A model generated the notes under the pieces. It saw nothing but the letters and a program-made list of their open reading frames with translations. It was not told the DNA's origin and ran no database searches. The position numbers were made by a program, and so were the translations under genes. DNA of 63,949 nt, the filler included, from Octopus bimaculoides (taxonomy: Eukaryota), in assembly GCF_001194135.2 (NCBI RefSeq). It is 8 parts of 7 records of this genome, joined end to end, with 100 filler letters (N's around TTAATTAATTAA, not from the genome) between each part and the next. Parts side by side here need not be neighbours in the genome. Positions count along the whole stretch, not along the records: positions 1 to 12,805 come from NC_068996.1; positions 12,906 to 34,416 come from NC_068986.1; 6 more parts are not named here. One strand, given 5' to 3'. The number at the start of each line of letters is the position of its first letter. The first letter of the stretch is position 1. Below, one piece after another: positions 12,045-24,223 of this stretch.

Positions 12045-12243
12045 CTCTTTTACTACTTTACTTGTTTCAGTCATTTGACTGTGGCCATGCTGGAGTACCG
12101 CCTTTAGTCGAGCAAATCGATCCCGGGACTTACTCTTTGTAAGCCTAGTACTTATTCTATCGGTCCATTTTTCCGAACCGCTACGTTACGGGGACGTAAA
12201 CACACCAGCATCGGTTGTCAAGCGATGTTGGGGACAAACATAT

Positions 12244-12298
<55 letters not shown>

Positions 12299-12474
12299 CG
12301 ACAGACTTCTTTTAGTTTCCGCGTGTGTGTGCGTGTGTGTGTGTTTGTGTGTCTGTGTTTGTCCCCCCAACATCGATTGACAACTGATGGTGGTGTGTTT
12401 ACGTTCCCGTAACCTTAGCGGTTCGGCAAAAGATACCGATTGAATAAGTACTAGGCTTACAAGAGATAAGTCCT
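12045..12474. mobile_element. Two SINE A tails in inverted orientation around a microsatellite
   Basis: 12045-12245 is a minus-strand tail and 12350-12474 a plus-strand tail. Confidence 0.8.
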
Positions 12475-12475
12475 G

Positions 12476-12778
12476 GTGGTTTGGACGTTGCACTCAGGAT
12501 CTTGCGATCGTAATTTCAATTCCTAGACTGGGTGGTGTGTCGTGTCCTTGAGCAAAACATATCATCTCACGCTGCTCTGCGATCATTTCTACACCTGATG
12601 CGCAGCACACCGTGTTCGGGCAACATCGCGGCACACACTGTTCGGGCAACATCGAGTTGCTGAAGAGACTGAGCTAATGTACAACACGAACGTTTGATCG
12701 GTATAAACTAATCATTTGTGCAGGTCGTTCGGCAAAAGCTGAGCGTTCATACGTCGTCTTCGAAAGAAGAGTCCATCG
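12476..12778 (+). mobile_element. SINE family E (related copy at about 57875-58100)
   Basis: tRNA-like head, then GTGTCCTTGAGCAAAAC and TTGCTCTGCGATCA body motifs shared by both copies. Confidence 0.6.
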
Positions 12779-12805
12779 TGTGTGTGTGTGTGTGTGTGTG
12801 TATAT

Positions 12806-12905
12806 NNNNNNNNNNNNNNNNNNNNNNNNNNNNNNNNNNNNNNNNNNNNTTAATTAATTAANNNNNNNNNNNNNNNNNNNNNNNNNNNNNNNNNNNNNNN
12901 NNNNN
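12806..12905. other. Artificial 100-bp scaffold spacer (44 N + TTAATTAATTAA + 44 N). The 12-mer also occurs at 34461, 35748, 47307, 53856, 59703 and 62083
   Basis: Identical 12-mer (stop codons in all six frames) centred in N runs seven times. Confidence 0.95.
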
Positions 12906-12942
<37 letters not shown>

Positions 12943-13024
12943 ATATTGCCCTCTGTATGATTCATGACAATTTGTTTGGAATATGTAATGTAGCTCTCAG
13001 TTATGCAGAAGCATGATATGCTTT

Positions 13025-13230
13025 TATTATTTTACTTGTTTCAGGTATCAGACTATGGCTATACTGGAGCATTGCCTTGACAGGTTAATTGATCAAATTG
13101 GCCCCTGTACTTATTCTATTGGTTTTGTTTGCTGAACTGTTCAGTTACAGATATGTAAAAAAAAAACAAAAAGAACAGTATCAGTTGCGAAGTAGTGTAA
13201 AAAAAACACAGACATGCACAAACACTCATA

Positions 13231-13279
<49 letters not shown>

Positions 13280-13510
13280 TCACTCATATACACACTCATA
13301 CCTACACTCACTCACATCAACACACAAGCGCACACACATGAACACACACACAAAATGAGCTTCTTCACTGTTTCTGTCTAAAAAATTCACTCACAAGATA
13401 TTGTTTGGATCAGGGCTATAGAAGATGATACTAGCTGAAGATGCCATCCGGTGGAATTGAACCTGAAATTTCATGGTCACAAAGTGAATCTCTTAACCAC
13501 ACAGACATAG
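13025..13510 (-). mobile_element. Older full-length SINE A copy. Further A heads or tails at 7921-8080, 14405-14550, 16540-16930, 17845-17990, 21270-21400, 24480-25090, 28540-28800, 29020-29500, 30240-30380, 35510-35690, 36510-36704, 37835-37920, 40930-41105, 53520-53650, 63160-63240
   Basis: Recurrent diagnostic motifs (GGTTCAGTCCCACTG, CTTGGGCAAGTGTCTTCTACTATAGC, CCAGCATGGCC). Boundaries are approximate. Confidence 0.7.
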
Positions 13511-14673
13511 TAAAAACAATGAATTAATTGCACTTCGTTTTGCAGCTGACAACATGTATGCCATAAGACTGCTTAATCAACAACAACAGTAGCAACAACA
13601 TCAACAACTATAAAAACAATCATATGTAGTATGTAGTTTATAGAAATTAATACTTGTATATATTGAAGTTAAAGATCATTTATTTAGTTTTAAATTATAG
13701 AGCTGTTCTTTTGGTAAACTTGATAAAGCCTCATTGAAGTATCTTGATACTAGTAAAGAAATGTACAAAGAATAACTGAAATCCTTACCTATGTAGAGAA
13801 GAATACCGTTCCCATTGTGACCTGCAAAATAAATGGAAAAATAGAAGAATTTACAATTTTGGAACCATAATAATATTATTTTATAAAATCAAAGTTAACT
13901 AAATATCAGAAGAAAATTGATACGCAAAGAAAATTTTTTGATATTAATGAGAAAAAATTACATGTTCTGACCATTTCATACAAAATCAATTGAAAGAAGA
14001 AAAGAGTATATTTGTCCAGTGAAAATGAACAAAAGTAGAATACACCTATCCTTGTTTATCACTGATGTAGGATAACATGGTATGCTCACTTGTAAACTAT
14101 GTTACGCTTATGATGGAATTGATATGTGGTAACGTTGGTTGGTATTCAGTCAGAGATTTTGTTTGGAGTGCAAAAATACACCTCAATAAACATTCCCAAT
14201 GTACTGTCTTAAAATATAAAGGGGGGACAAAATGGATAATGTAAATCTACATACACAATGATTGGAAAAAATAATGAGAAGATCGTGTTTGGAATGCCTT
14301 GAGCCTTGATTAATAGGCCTGCTTGATCAGTGCTGATCTGGGATTACACAACAATTAAATGAGAAACTATGTCACTCACTATTGTTCATAACTGAGAAAA
14401 ATAATTTCAGGCACAGATGTAGGTGTGTGGTAAGAGGTTTGCTTCCCAAGTGTGCTACCCTGGGCAAGTGTCTTCTAATAACAGCTTCAGGCTGACAGCC
14501 TTGTGAGTAGATTTGGTAGCTGGAGACTGAAAAAATTCCATTGTGTATGTATGTATATATATATATATATATATACTTTATTTGTGTATTAAGGCTACCA
14601 TTATTACTGCTACACAAATAAAGAATCTTTCTCCGCCAATGCGGTGTTAGGCACTCATTCTCATCGTTCGATA

Positions 14674-14705
<32 letters not shown>

Positions 14706-15954
14706 GCTGTGTCTTTGCCTTGGCATTATGTTATAGTTGTGTGTGTCACCAGAATGCAAGTGGTGTCCTTCATTTCCTGTCTTTCATGTCTGGTAATGGG
14801 AAAATATTACCTTACTTGAAAATAGGCGTAGGTTTGTAATGGGGGCTGGGGGCGTCCAAATGATGAAAATCCATTTCAACAAATTCTATTTGACATATTG
14901 AGAAGTGGATGTCAAACTGATAATGATGATTAGGTATCAGATTAAGGTTACTGGACTACTGACCTGATGATCATGACTTCAAATCTTGCAACACCTATCA
15001 AAGTATATGTCTCTGCCTGTTCTAGTCTGCCTAACTGATAGAAAACAGGTTCCATATTTATTTCAGCATTAAGTGTTTAATGCTTAAAAGACATTCTGCT
15101 GTAGATATAGTTACTTTCCACCTCTAAAGAAAACTAATTTTCCAAATATGCAAAATTGGGAGTAAAATAGTAAAAAAAAATTATAAAGACATGTGAGGTG
15201 TCATAAGATTGCTGATGGTTGAAAGGCAAATATTAATCCTTTCTACCATAGGCAAAATACTTGAAATTTTGAGGGATGCAGGTGTAGTCGATTACATCGT
15301 CTCCAGTGATCAACTGGTAATTATTTTATCAACTCTGAAAGGATGAAAGGCAAAGCTGACCTTGGTAGAATTTGATCTCAGAACATAAAGACATGAAATG
15401 TCATTAAGTACTGTGTCCAGTACTTTGTCCATTGGCTTACTGCTTTTGAATGGCAAGTAATAATACATGACAAAAGTGATTGATACTTCAACCAATCTTG
15501 GATGATGGTACCCATGTTGAGAACTATTTACTGCAATTAAAAACAGATTGTCTGGAAATTAATTGAAATGTTCTAATATATATTGCTTGCTAGTGAATAT
15601 CAAAACAATATGCTTAATATCGATGAAATATGATACATTTGGGAAGAACAGAAATGAAGATCAAGAAGGTTAACAAGATAAAAGTAATCCAAAACTCTTA
15701 TGTAATATTGATAAGTTGTCATAATCATTGTTTTGAAGTTATAGCTAGTGAAATCTCCAGTCATCTTGTATGTTTTATAACTGCAAATCTATGGTAGGTG
15801 TCGAAGTAAATTCTATTATTTCCCTGTCTGGAATTATGTATAGGGTAGAATTTAGAATACCTAAATTTGGTGGCTGTTTTAGATTCAGAACTGTGTTTGG
15901 CAAATAAATCTTGAGATATCAATAACACAATAACGCACACATACACATCAACAT

Positions 15955-16150
15955 CATCATCCTCATCATTGTTTAACGTCCATTTTCCATTCTGGCATGG
16001 GTTGGACGGTTTGACTGGGGACTGGTAAGCCAGGAGGCTGCACCAGGCTCCAATCTGATCTGGCAATGTTTCTACAGCTGAATGCCCTTCCTAACACCAA
16101 CCACTCCGAGAGTGTAGTGGGTACTTTTTACATGCCACTGACATGGGAGC
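15955..16150 (-). mobile_element. Retroposon 3' tail (GGAAGGGCATCCAGCTGTAGAAA...GGACGTTAAA-(GAT)n). Other copies at about 14740-14935, 18000-18170, 18480-18650, 29560-29760, 30400-30610, 31335-31500, 31650-31870
   Basis: Motif recurs at least 8 times and always ends in a (GAT)n tail. An RTE-type origin is inference. Confidence 0.7.
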
Positions 16151-16167
16151 CAATCAGGCGGCTCTGG

Positions 16168-16214
<47 letters not shown>

Positions 16215-17260
16215 TTATATATATATATATATATAAGTTTTTTTATTCTTCATGTGTGTAGGTAACTTTCAACCTTTTTATTATATTTGTTCTGATGTGA
16301 CTGATGTATGGTTTCTATCGAGTTATATAAGTTTATAATTGTTAACCAGATTGAATAACAAGTAAAACACCAAATAGTGAGATGTTAGGGAGAGTAAGGT
16401 ACACAGGGAAATTTGTTCAAGACTTAAAGAATGAAAAAAATAAAGGAAATCAATCTTAAGAATTTGTCAAAGCAATGGAAACAATAATATAAAAAAATAT
16501 AACTAAATATATAACCCATCAATGTGAAATATTTTTTTATCTTTTACTTAGATTAGTCATTGAACTACAGCCTTGCTTGGGCACTACCTTGAAGAGTTAC
16601 TTGAATGGATCAACACCATTACTTATTTTGTAAGGCTGACAGCTATTCTATTGGACTCTTGATGAATTAGTAAATTATGAGGATGTAAGCAAACCAGCAC
16701 TGGTTGTCAAGTGATGGTGGTGATTGCCAAGCATAATGACATACATAAACACAGACATATATATACAATGGACTTTCACATGGTTTTTATCTAAATTCAC
16801 TCACTAGGCTTTTATCAGCCCAGGGCTATAAGCAGAAAAATTTCAGCTCCAATGCTCAAGGTACTGTGCTGTGGAACTGAGCCAAAACACTAGTGGTTGT
16901 AATGTGAGCTTCTTAGACACACAGCCATATCTGTTCTGTTCATTAATAATGATTTGATCAGATTTTGTATTATAAGAGAGTAATATATCAATAAGAAAGA
17001 AATTTTAAAAATAGCAGAAGAAATCAGTGAGAGTGTTTACAGCATGAAGGTAAGCCTCCAACATCATTTGTTCTTTCTGTACATAAAACCATTTGTTGAC
17101 TGATCCAGCAGGCTTGTGTTTGACTACACTCTGCTGGAGAGGACCAATATGACTGAAACATGATCATAGCTATCACTTTGCCTACAAACAAAAATCAAAT
17201 TTGTTTAAAAACATATAAATTGATTTTGTAATATTAATTCTTAATTTCTGGAAATTACTG

Positions 17261-17476
17261 AAGGTGGCAAGATGGTGAAATTGTTAGCATGCTGGGCAAA
17301 ATGCTTAGTGGCATTTTGTCTATCTTTACATTCTAAGTTCAAATTCTGCTTAGGTTGACTTTGCCTTTCATCCTTTCAGGGTCAATAAAATAAGTACCAG
17401 CTGATCAATGGAGTTGTTGTAATTGAATTAACCTGCACCCAAAATTGCTGACCTTGTGCCAAAATTTGTAACTGAT
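17261..17476 (+). mobile_element. SINE family B (Nin-domain-like core). Other copies at 15228-15445(-), 25545-25750(-), 37950-38080(-), 38506-38730(+), 48970-49070(+), 52685-52760(-), 63360-63550(+)
   Basis: Shared GAGTTCAAATTC...GACTTTGCCTTTCATCCTTTCGGGGTCGATAAA.TAAGTACCAG core and (ATT)n tail. The Nin-domain assignment is from recall and unverified. Confidence 0.75.
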
Positions 17477-18428
17477 TTTTAGAAATTATTTCCCTTCTCT
17501 TTTCTTCAAGTGTTGCTAGCATTTTCTGCCAAACTTTGCTTCTTTTCTTTAACCAAGAAGAAATTTCAATTAATTGAGAAGTACCCTGGTACTATGTGAA
17601 CCAGTCCTCCTGTGCTTAAGGGTTAAGTAGACCCTGTGATTCAAGGATATTCTTAAGAAAAGATGAAACTAGTAGAGTAAATTCTAAATAAATTGGCAGA
17701 AGGCAACAGAAAACCACTTTTGTATCTTTCTAAGAAAAATCATTAATCTTCAGATCTTTGCTTTGAAGCTCATGCTTACTGAGACCTACAAAGCAGAGTA
17801 CATGAAGCAGGAGAGAGAAAGAATTTTTTGCATACATCATTCAATAGACGCAGGTATTGCTGAATGGTTTAGAAGCCTGCTTCCCAACCATGTGGTTTTG
17901 GGTTCAGTCCCATTGTATAGCATCTTGAGTAAATGTCTTGTGAATGGATTTGGTTGACAAAAATTGAAGAGGAGTTTGTTCTTTCATATATATATATAAA
18001 ACACACTCTGTAAAGTGGTTGGAATTAGGAAGGACACTGAGTCACAGAAATCAGCTCAAATCTGATTGGAACCTTGTGCAGCTCTCCTGCTTGCCAGCTA
18101 TAGTCAAACAAATACCAGCAAATAACAGCATGGAAAATGAACATTAATCATGATGATGATTATGATGATGATGATAAATATATAATAAGAAGTAAAAGGG
18201 ATTAATAAATCAAGGCTGATATCTATAAAGCACTCAGTGTTAAACAAATTTGGTTAACTATATCAATCAATCAGATACTAATAAATTCAAATAGAATTAA
18301 CATCCAAGGTAATTCGTCATGTACATATATATGTGTGTATGCATAAATGTGTGTGTGTGTGTGTGCATGCGTGTGTGTGTGCTTGCATGTACCATTGTAT
18401 AGTTATCACATATTTGTAACTGAGCATC

Positions 18429-18460
<32 letters not shown>

Positions 18461-18786
18461 CATCGTCGTTGTCATACAAGTGAGATTTTCTTTCATGAAA
18501 GGCATGTTTTGCTATGAGAAAACATTACCTTGCTTGGAAACAGGTGCAGGTTGGCTATAGGAAAGGAATCTGGCTGTAGAAAAATTGGCCTTAACAAATT
18601 CCTTCTAACACACATAAGTGGTAAAGTAAACACTAAATGATGATGATAATGAAAAAGATTTTGTTCCTCACCCTTTTACAGTCTTTCCTAAATTCATGCT
18701 ATACACACTTAAGTCAATCATTTCCCTTGTTATTTTTTAAATCTTAGTGTTTAATGATGTGATAGAATAATGTACTTGAAAATGTA

Positions 18787-19949
18787 TGAGGTGGTATCAA
18801 AAGGCTCCTGGACAAGTTATGTTTAATAAAAAATAACTTATTCACGTAATTTTTAACATCATCATCTTCAAAATAGTTACCTTGTGCAGCAATACACTGG
18901 TCCCAGTGTTCCTGCCACTTTTGGAATCTGATCTGGAAGTAATTTTCTGTAAATGCAGACTACAGCTTACACGTGATCACAAAAACACAAATTTCATAAC
19001 TTGTGAAGTAAACACAATATCGCTCATCACACTGCTTCATGAAGGTCCCTGTTAGATCTCACTGTGCATGCAACTGCATATTGCCATCTGTTGGCATGCT
19101 ACTGAATGAGTGTTACCTCTGGAAATGTGGAGAAAATTCATCAGCTTGTGAATGAGAATCGTCAGACAATCAATGACATTGCTGATGTTAGTCTGTCATA
19201 TGGGTTCAGGCAAGCAATCCTAATGTCTGAATTGAACATGCAGTGTGTCTCTGCCATGTTTGTTGTCCACCTGCTGACAACTGAGTAGAAAGAATATCAT
19301 GTCAAAGTCTGTAAAGATCTCCATCAGCATGCCACTGATGACCTATCCTGCATGTCAAGGATCATCACCAGTGATGAGAGTTGGGTCTATGAATATGACC
19401 CTGAAACGAAGCACCAGTTGTCACAATGGAAGAGCCCTTCATCTCTATGATCAACGAAGGCACCACAGAGACACAGCTCAATCAAGAGCATGCTCATAGT
19501 TTTTTTTTAAACATCTGTGGTATTGTACATCAAGAATTTGTCCTCCAGGGCTAGACTGTCATTCTATAATTTTACTGCAATGTTGTGAAGCATTTGAGGA
19601 AGGACATTTGGTGAATGTGACTGGATCGGTGGAGCATGAAGAATTGGATTCTTACAAGTTTCTTGCCAAAAACAACATAGTATCACTTCCACACCTGCCC
19701 TATTCACCAGATTTAGCACCTGCAGACTTTTACCTCTTCCCCAAGATGAAAATGCAGCTCAAAGGTCGCCATTTAATATCATTTGTGTGATCAAGTGTGA
19801 ATCCCAGAAGGTCTTTGACTCAGAGTAAATGACTTCCAGGCTAGATTCCAAAAGTAGCAGGAATGCTGGGACCAGTGTATTGCTGTGCAAGTTAACTAGT
19901 TGTTTCTTATTAAACATAGCTAATTTGGGAACTTTTTGATACCATCTCA
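18787..19949 (+). mobile_element. Near full-length decayed mariner (DD34D) with long TIRs and TA TSD
   Basis: TA|TGAGGTGGTATCAAAAGG ... CTTTTTGATACCATCTCA|TA. Peptides IITSDESWVYEYDPETK and LPHLPYSPDLAPADFYLFPKMK, with stops and frameshifts. Confidence 0.92.
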
Positions 19950-20022
19950 TACACTCCATTTCAGTATGGAACACGGACATGATGATCACACACACACTCA
20001 CACACACACACACACATACACA

Positions 20023-20900
20023 CAGCGGGTGCGATGGGTGAATTGTTGTCAATTTATACTTTTTATTTTGCGCATGCGCATTATTTGCTTTTGGTTTTTT
20101 TTGACCACGCAGTATAGTAGGGTTGTCTGTGAGAAAAACAGCACCATGGTGCAATTAATTCTGCCAGAAATTTGGAAACGACAGTGTACAGTTTGGTATT
20201 CACGACGGAAGCTCCAATACAAACAGATAGCGAACACACAGAATGACCGTTGGCTTGCCGTGGCTCTAAAATGTACTGAGAGTGATAAAAATCAAACAAC
20301 CAGTCAACATCATGATGTTTGGAGTGATCACTAATGATGGCGATGTTATACTTCAACTCATCTCCTCACACAGCCACAGATACAACACAGAGACCTACAT
20401 CAGGTGCCTGGAGGAGGCAGTGTTGCCCTGAGTCAAGAGTAGGGCTGCTGGAAGACCCTATGTCTGGCAAGCAACAGGACACTGCACCATGCCACACAAG
20501 CAGGAGAACCCAGTCATGGCTGTCAGACAATTTTTGTGACTAGATCACCCCTAACACGCCACCTTACTCCCCAGACTGCAACCCCATTGATTATTATGTG
20601 TGGAGTGCAGTTGAGTGACAGACCAACAAACCCCCTTGTTACACCAAAGATGAACTGAATGCAAGGATTATGGCAGCATTCACCAACTTAACCAAGGATA
20701 CCATCCAGAAGCGTTGCAGGAGATTGTGAAGTCATCCGGAGGACGTGGTTGAAGCCAATGACGATTTTATTGAATAAATTTACTCTACAGTATTTCAAGA
20801 TATTTCTATGTAATTTTGGTAAATACATATGTTAAAATGGGATATCAGTGTTATTTTCATTTTTGCATAATTTAGATGACAATATATTCACCGCACTCTG
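20023..20900 (+). mobile_element. Internally deleted maT/DD37D-like Tc1/mariner element
   Basis: QQDTAPCHTSRRTQSWLSDNF and PYSPDCNPIDYYVWSAVE. Termini CAGCGGGTGCGATGGGTGAATTG / CAATATATTCACCGCACTCTG|TA. Confidence 0.85.
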
Positions 20901-20910
20901 TATGTATGTA

Positions 20911-20947
<37 letters not shown>

Positions 20948-22499
20948 GGAAAGTAAGTAGAAAAATAAGCGAAAATGCACATTGGAATGATTAGTAATAT
21001 TACAAAACCGGTATGCTTTTGAATCTCTTTATCAATTCACTGTAATGACTTTTATTACCTTTATTCCTACCTCAGTTCATCTAATTGTATATATCTTTCG
21101 TTACTTTTCATAAAAAGCCTTTACTTTTTTGGATTTCCAATGTGCATTTTTGCTTATTTTTCTGCTTATTTTCCCCTTACATTTCCACGTGTAGTTTCTA
21201 TTTTGTTTTTGTAACATATTTCTATTATATACATATGCACACACACATGCACAATATACTTCCACACAGTTTCCATTCCAATTCACTAACAAGGCATTGG
21301 TAGGTCCAGGGCAATAGCAGATGCTTGCCCAGTGCTGTGCAGTAGAACTGAACTGGAAACTAAGCTGCTGCAAAGAAAGCTCCTTAATCATACAAGCATG
21401 CCTGCAACTATAGAGAAATCTAAAATAATGAAAATGTGGGGAAAAACCTATCTCCTTGGTGCAGTTCAGTTCTAACATATATTGTCATATTAGTTATGCT
21501 TAAGTCATCAACAGAGATTATATTCCTTTTATGATTTGTAATATCAGTCAAATTATGTTCCTTGCTGTTCTGTTCATTAAAAGATAGAACTAAATGTTCT
21601 ATTTCAAATCAGCAACAATGTACATACATATAGACAGACAGAAAGATAGACATACTTACATATATATATATGTGTGTGCAATTATATATATACACATATA
21701 TAATAGTTCATCAGTAGTTTAGTCTTTTTAAATATCCATTGTTAATTACTGTGTTCTGTGGATTTCTTATCTCATGTTGTTTAGATTCTCTTCCACAAAT
21801 GAAGCAGTAGATAAAGAAATCCACAGAATAAAACATGTATGTATGTATGTATGTATGAGACATTGTCATATCTTTTCTATCAAAGTAGGTACTAAGAAAC
21901 CAGAGTTTGTTTATTAATATCATAAAATGTTGATAAGTGTAATAAAGCATTTTATTGTAGCATAGTTATGTGTTTTCACGATAAGGAGTCTGAATATTAA
22001 AGTTTATATCTAAATATATCAGTGGGATTTTTGTTTTTTTGTAATGATGTTATCTCAGCTATAAATGTTAGACATGACAATTCTATTTTCTTTTTATATT
22101 TAGTGCAGCAAGTCAGAGGATACTAAGTTCATAGTACTTATATAACCAAAATACAGCCAAGGTAGAGTTTAAATATCAACTTTTGCCTGAAGTTACACTT
22201 TTTTGCAAGTGGTACAAATATGAATGAATGTATGAAGTTGTACTTACAATGAATTTGTAAGGAAAGTATATGTTAGGTATTCATTATTGATGATGCACAA
22301 TGTAGAAATGCATCAAATGTCCTCATTTGCCTCCACTGGGATGAATATTGTATATAGGTAGGCATATAAATTAGTGTATTTTAGAGACTTAATTACTCAG
22401 AGACATCATCTGTGCAGTTAACAATCAGCTTGACTAAAACTTTATTAAAGAGAATGGAATAAAAATATTCATTGTAAAACATGAAAACTTTAATCATAA

Positions 22500-24223
22500 C
22501 ATTGGGGAACAGAGTTTTTGTTGTCTGATGTTGGAGACACGTTTCCTACTAATTCAGGGGTGCTGATTTCAAAAATGAAATCCATTTTGCTCTATCATGT
22601 CAAAATTTTTCACAAACTAAGATGTCCATTTTTCAACATTTCTGGTATTGTCACCATTTCTAAAGATAGATTTGACATAACTTTGAAAACAGTTTTTCTA
22701 TGTCATTTAAAGTAAATACAACAACAAAAATGAAAACAAAAGTTATGATTTAAGTATCTTTAGTAAATAAAAAGTATCAAACTTGAGCAACTATCAGTAT
22801 TTTCAACCTAATCAGTTTCAAATGTCATGATGATGACAGAAATGTCCATTATACTATTAAATGTTAAGAAACAACATATTTTTGCAGCCCTTGACACCAT
22901 ACATCTCATATTTGTGGAATTTATCTGCAGATATCCCCACGCTTTGCTTAATTTAGTGTGACTATCATTGCAAACTAGAGATGTGTTTTGTTGAACTTTT
23001 AACTGTCTCTTATGAAAATTGATATTTTGAATGTGCCCTTAATGTTTTGATTTTGAGGTCACATAGATCAAGGTCACTTTTCATTAAGTATGGTCAAAGA
23101 ACAGTAAGAAGAATTTCATGGTATGTATGCTCTTTATGGAACTTTGCCATCACAAATCTGCATTTGCTTACCTTATAACTGTTGACTATTCTGAAAATGC
23201 TTTCCCAGCTGACAACTGGCTTGAACATATTTTGTATTTCAGAAATATGGCCAGTTATGAGAGAAGAGAATGTAAAAACAGTCCCGATGTCTTCTGCTTA
23301 TTTCTGGATTAGGCAATGAAACAAAATCACAGATTTTGTGAAGGGGCTTACCTTACTTCTTTACTTACTTTAGCATGAAACTGGGTGACAAGATAAAGCT
23401 TAGGCATCCCATATAGTGTGCAAACATGTGTTGAAACACTAAGGCAGTGAATTAAGCAGAAAGTTTTCAGCTTTGTCTTGTGAGAAAAATAAGGCTGGAG
23501 TGTTTGTTGGGCCACATATTACGTGACGATCGCAGGATGAGCTATTTTTGGAGACCATGTCTGGCATTGAAAAAGAAGCACGGAATGCTTTTGTTGCAGT
23601 TGTATCTGATTTCCTGAGAAACAGGAAGTCATCAAATTATGAAGATCTTGTGCAGACTGTTAACCAGTTTTCGAGCACTGGGCTGCAACATGAGTATAAA
23701 TGTGCATTTCCTTCACAGTCATCTGAACTACTTCCTTAAAAACCCTAAGGCAATAGTGATGAGCAAGGAAAAAGATTCCACCAAGACATCGAGAACATGA
23801 GGACTAGGTATCAAGGCAGGTGGAACACCAACATGGTGCTGTCTACTGCTGATCACTGCAAAAAGACTGTCATGATGCAATTTATTCATATAAAGCAACA
23901 AAGAGAAAGTTCATTCCTTGAGTAGTTCAAACTCTAGTTTGACAGAAATATCTATTCTAAGATGTGTAATTAAACATTTTGTGTAATATATCTGTTAAAC
24001 AATAAAAAAGTACTATTTGGTTTGTGTTAGTTTCTTTTTTCAGTTTTGCATTTAATGACAAAATTGACTTTTTTTGGTAAAAAAATGAATTCCTGTTTAA
24101 CAAAAGCTTCGACATGATAGAAAATCTCTGGGGGCATTTCTGAACCCAACACCATCAAATAAGGTAGGACTAATTGTAAAAAGTAAGATAATTAAAAAAT
24201 TGTTTTTGAAATGCTCCCCTGCG
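22500..24223 (+). mobile_element. Chapaev3 (CMC superfamily) DNA transposon, decayed
   Basis: KAGVFVGPHI, VSDFLRNRKSSNYEDLV, NVHFLHSHLNYF and DEQGKRFHQDIENMRTRYQGRWNTNM. TAA on both flanks (22497-22499, 24224-24226). Confidence 0.88.

Noticed and set aside
16990-17055. Plus-strand donor ATGAAG|GTAAGC after EILKIAEEISESVYSMK
   Set aside because: No convincing acceptor, an in-frame stop upstream, and no supporting plus-strand exons.
22104-22161. Plus-strand AG...GT exon-like segment; similarly minus-strand 26900-26981
   Set aside because: Stop codons occur in all three frames; could only be UTR and there is no evidence for that.
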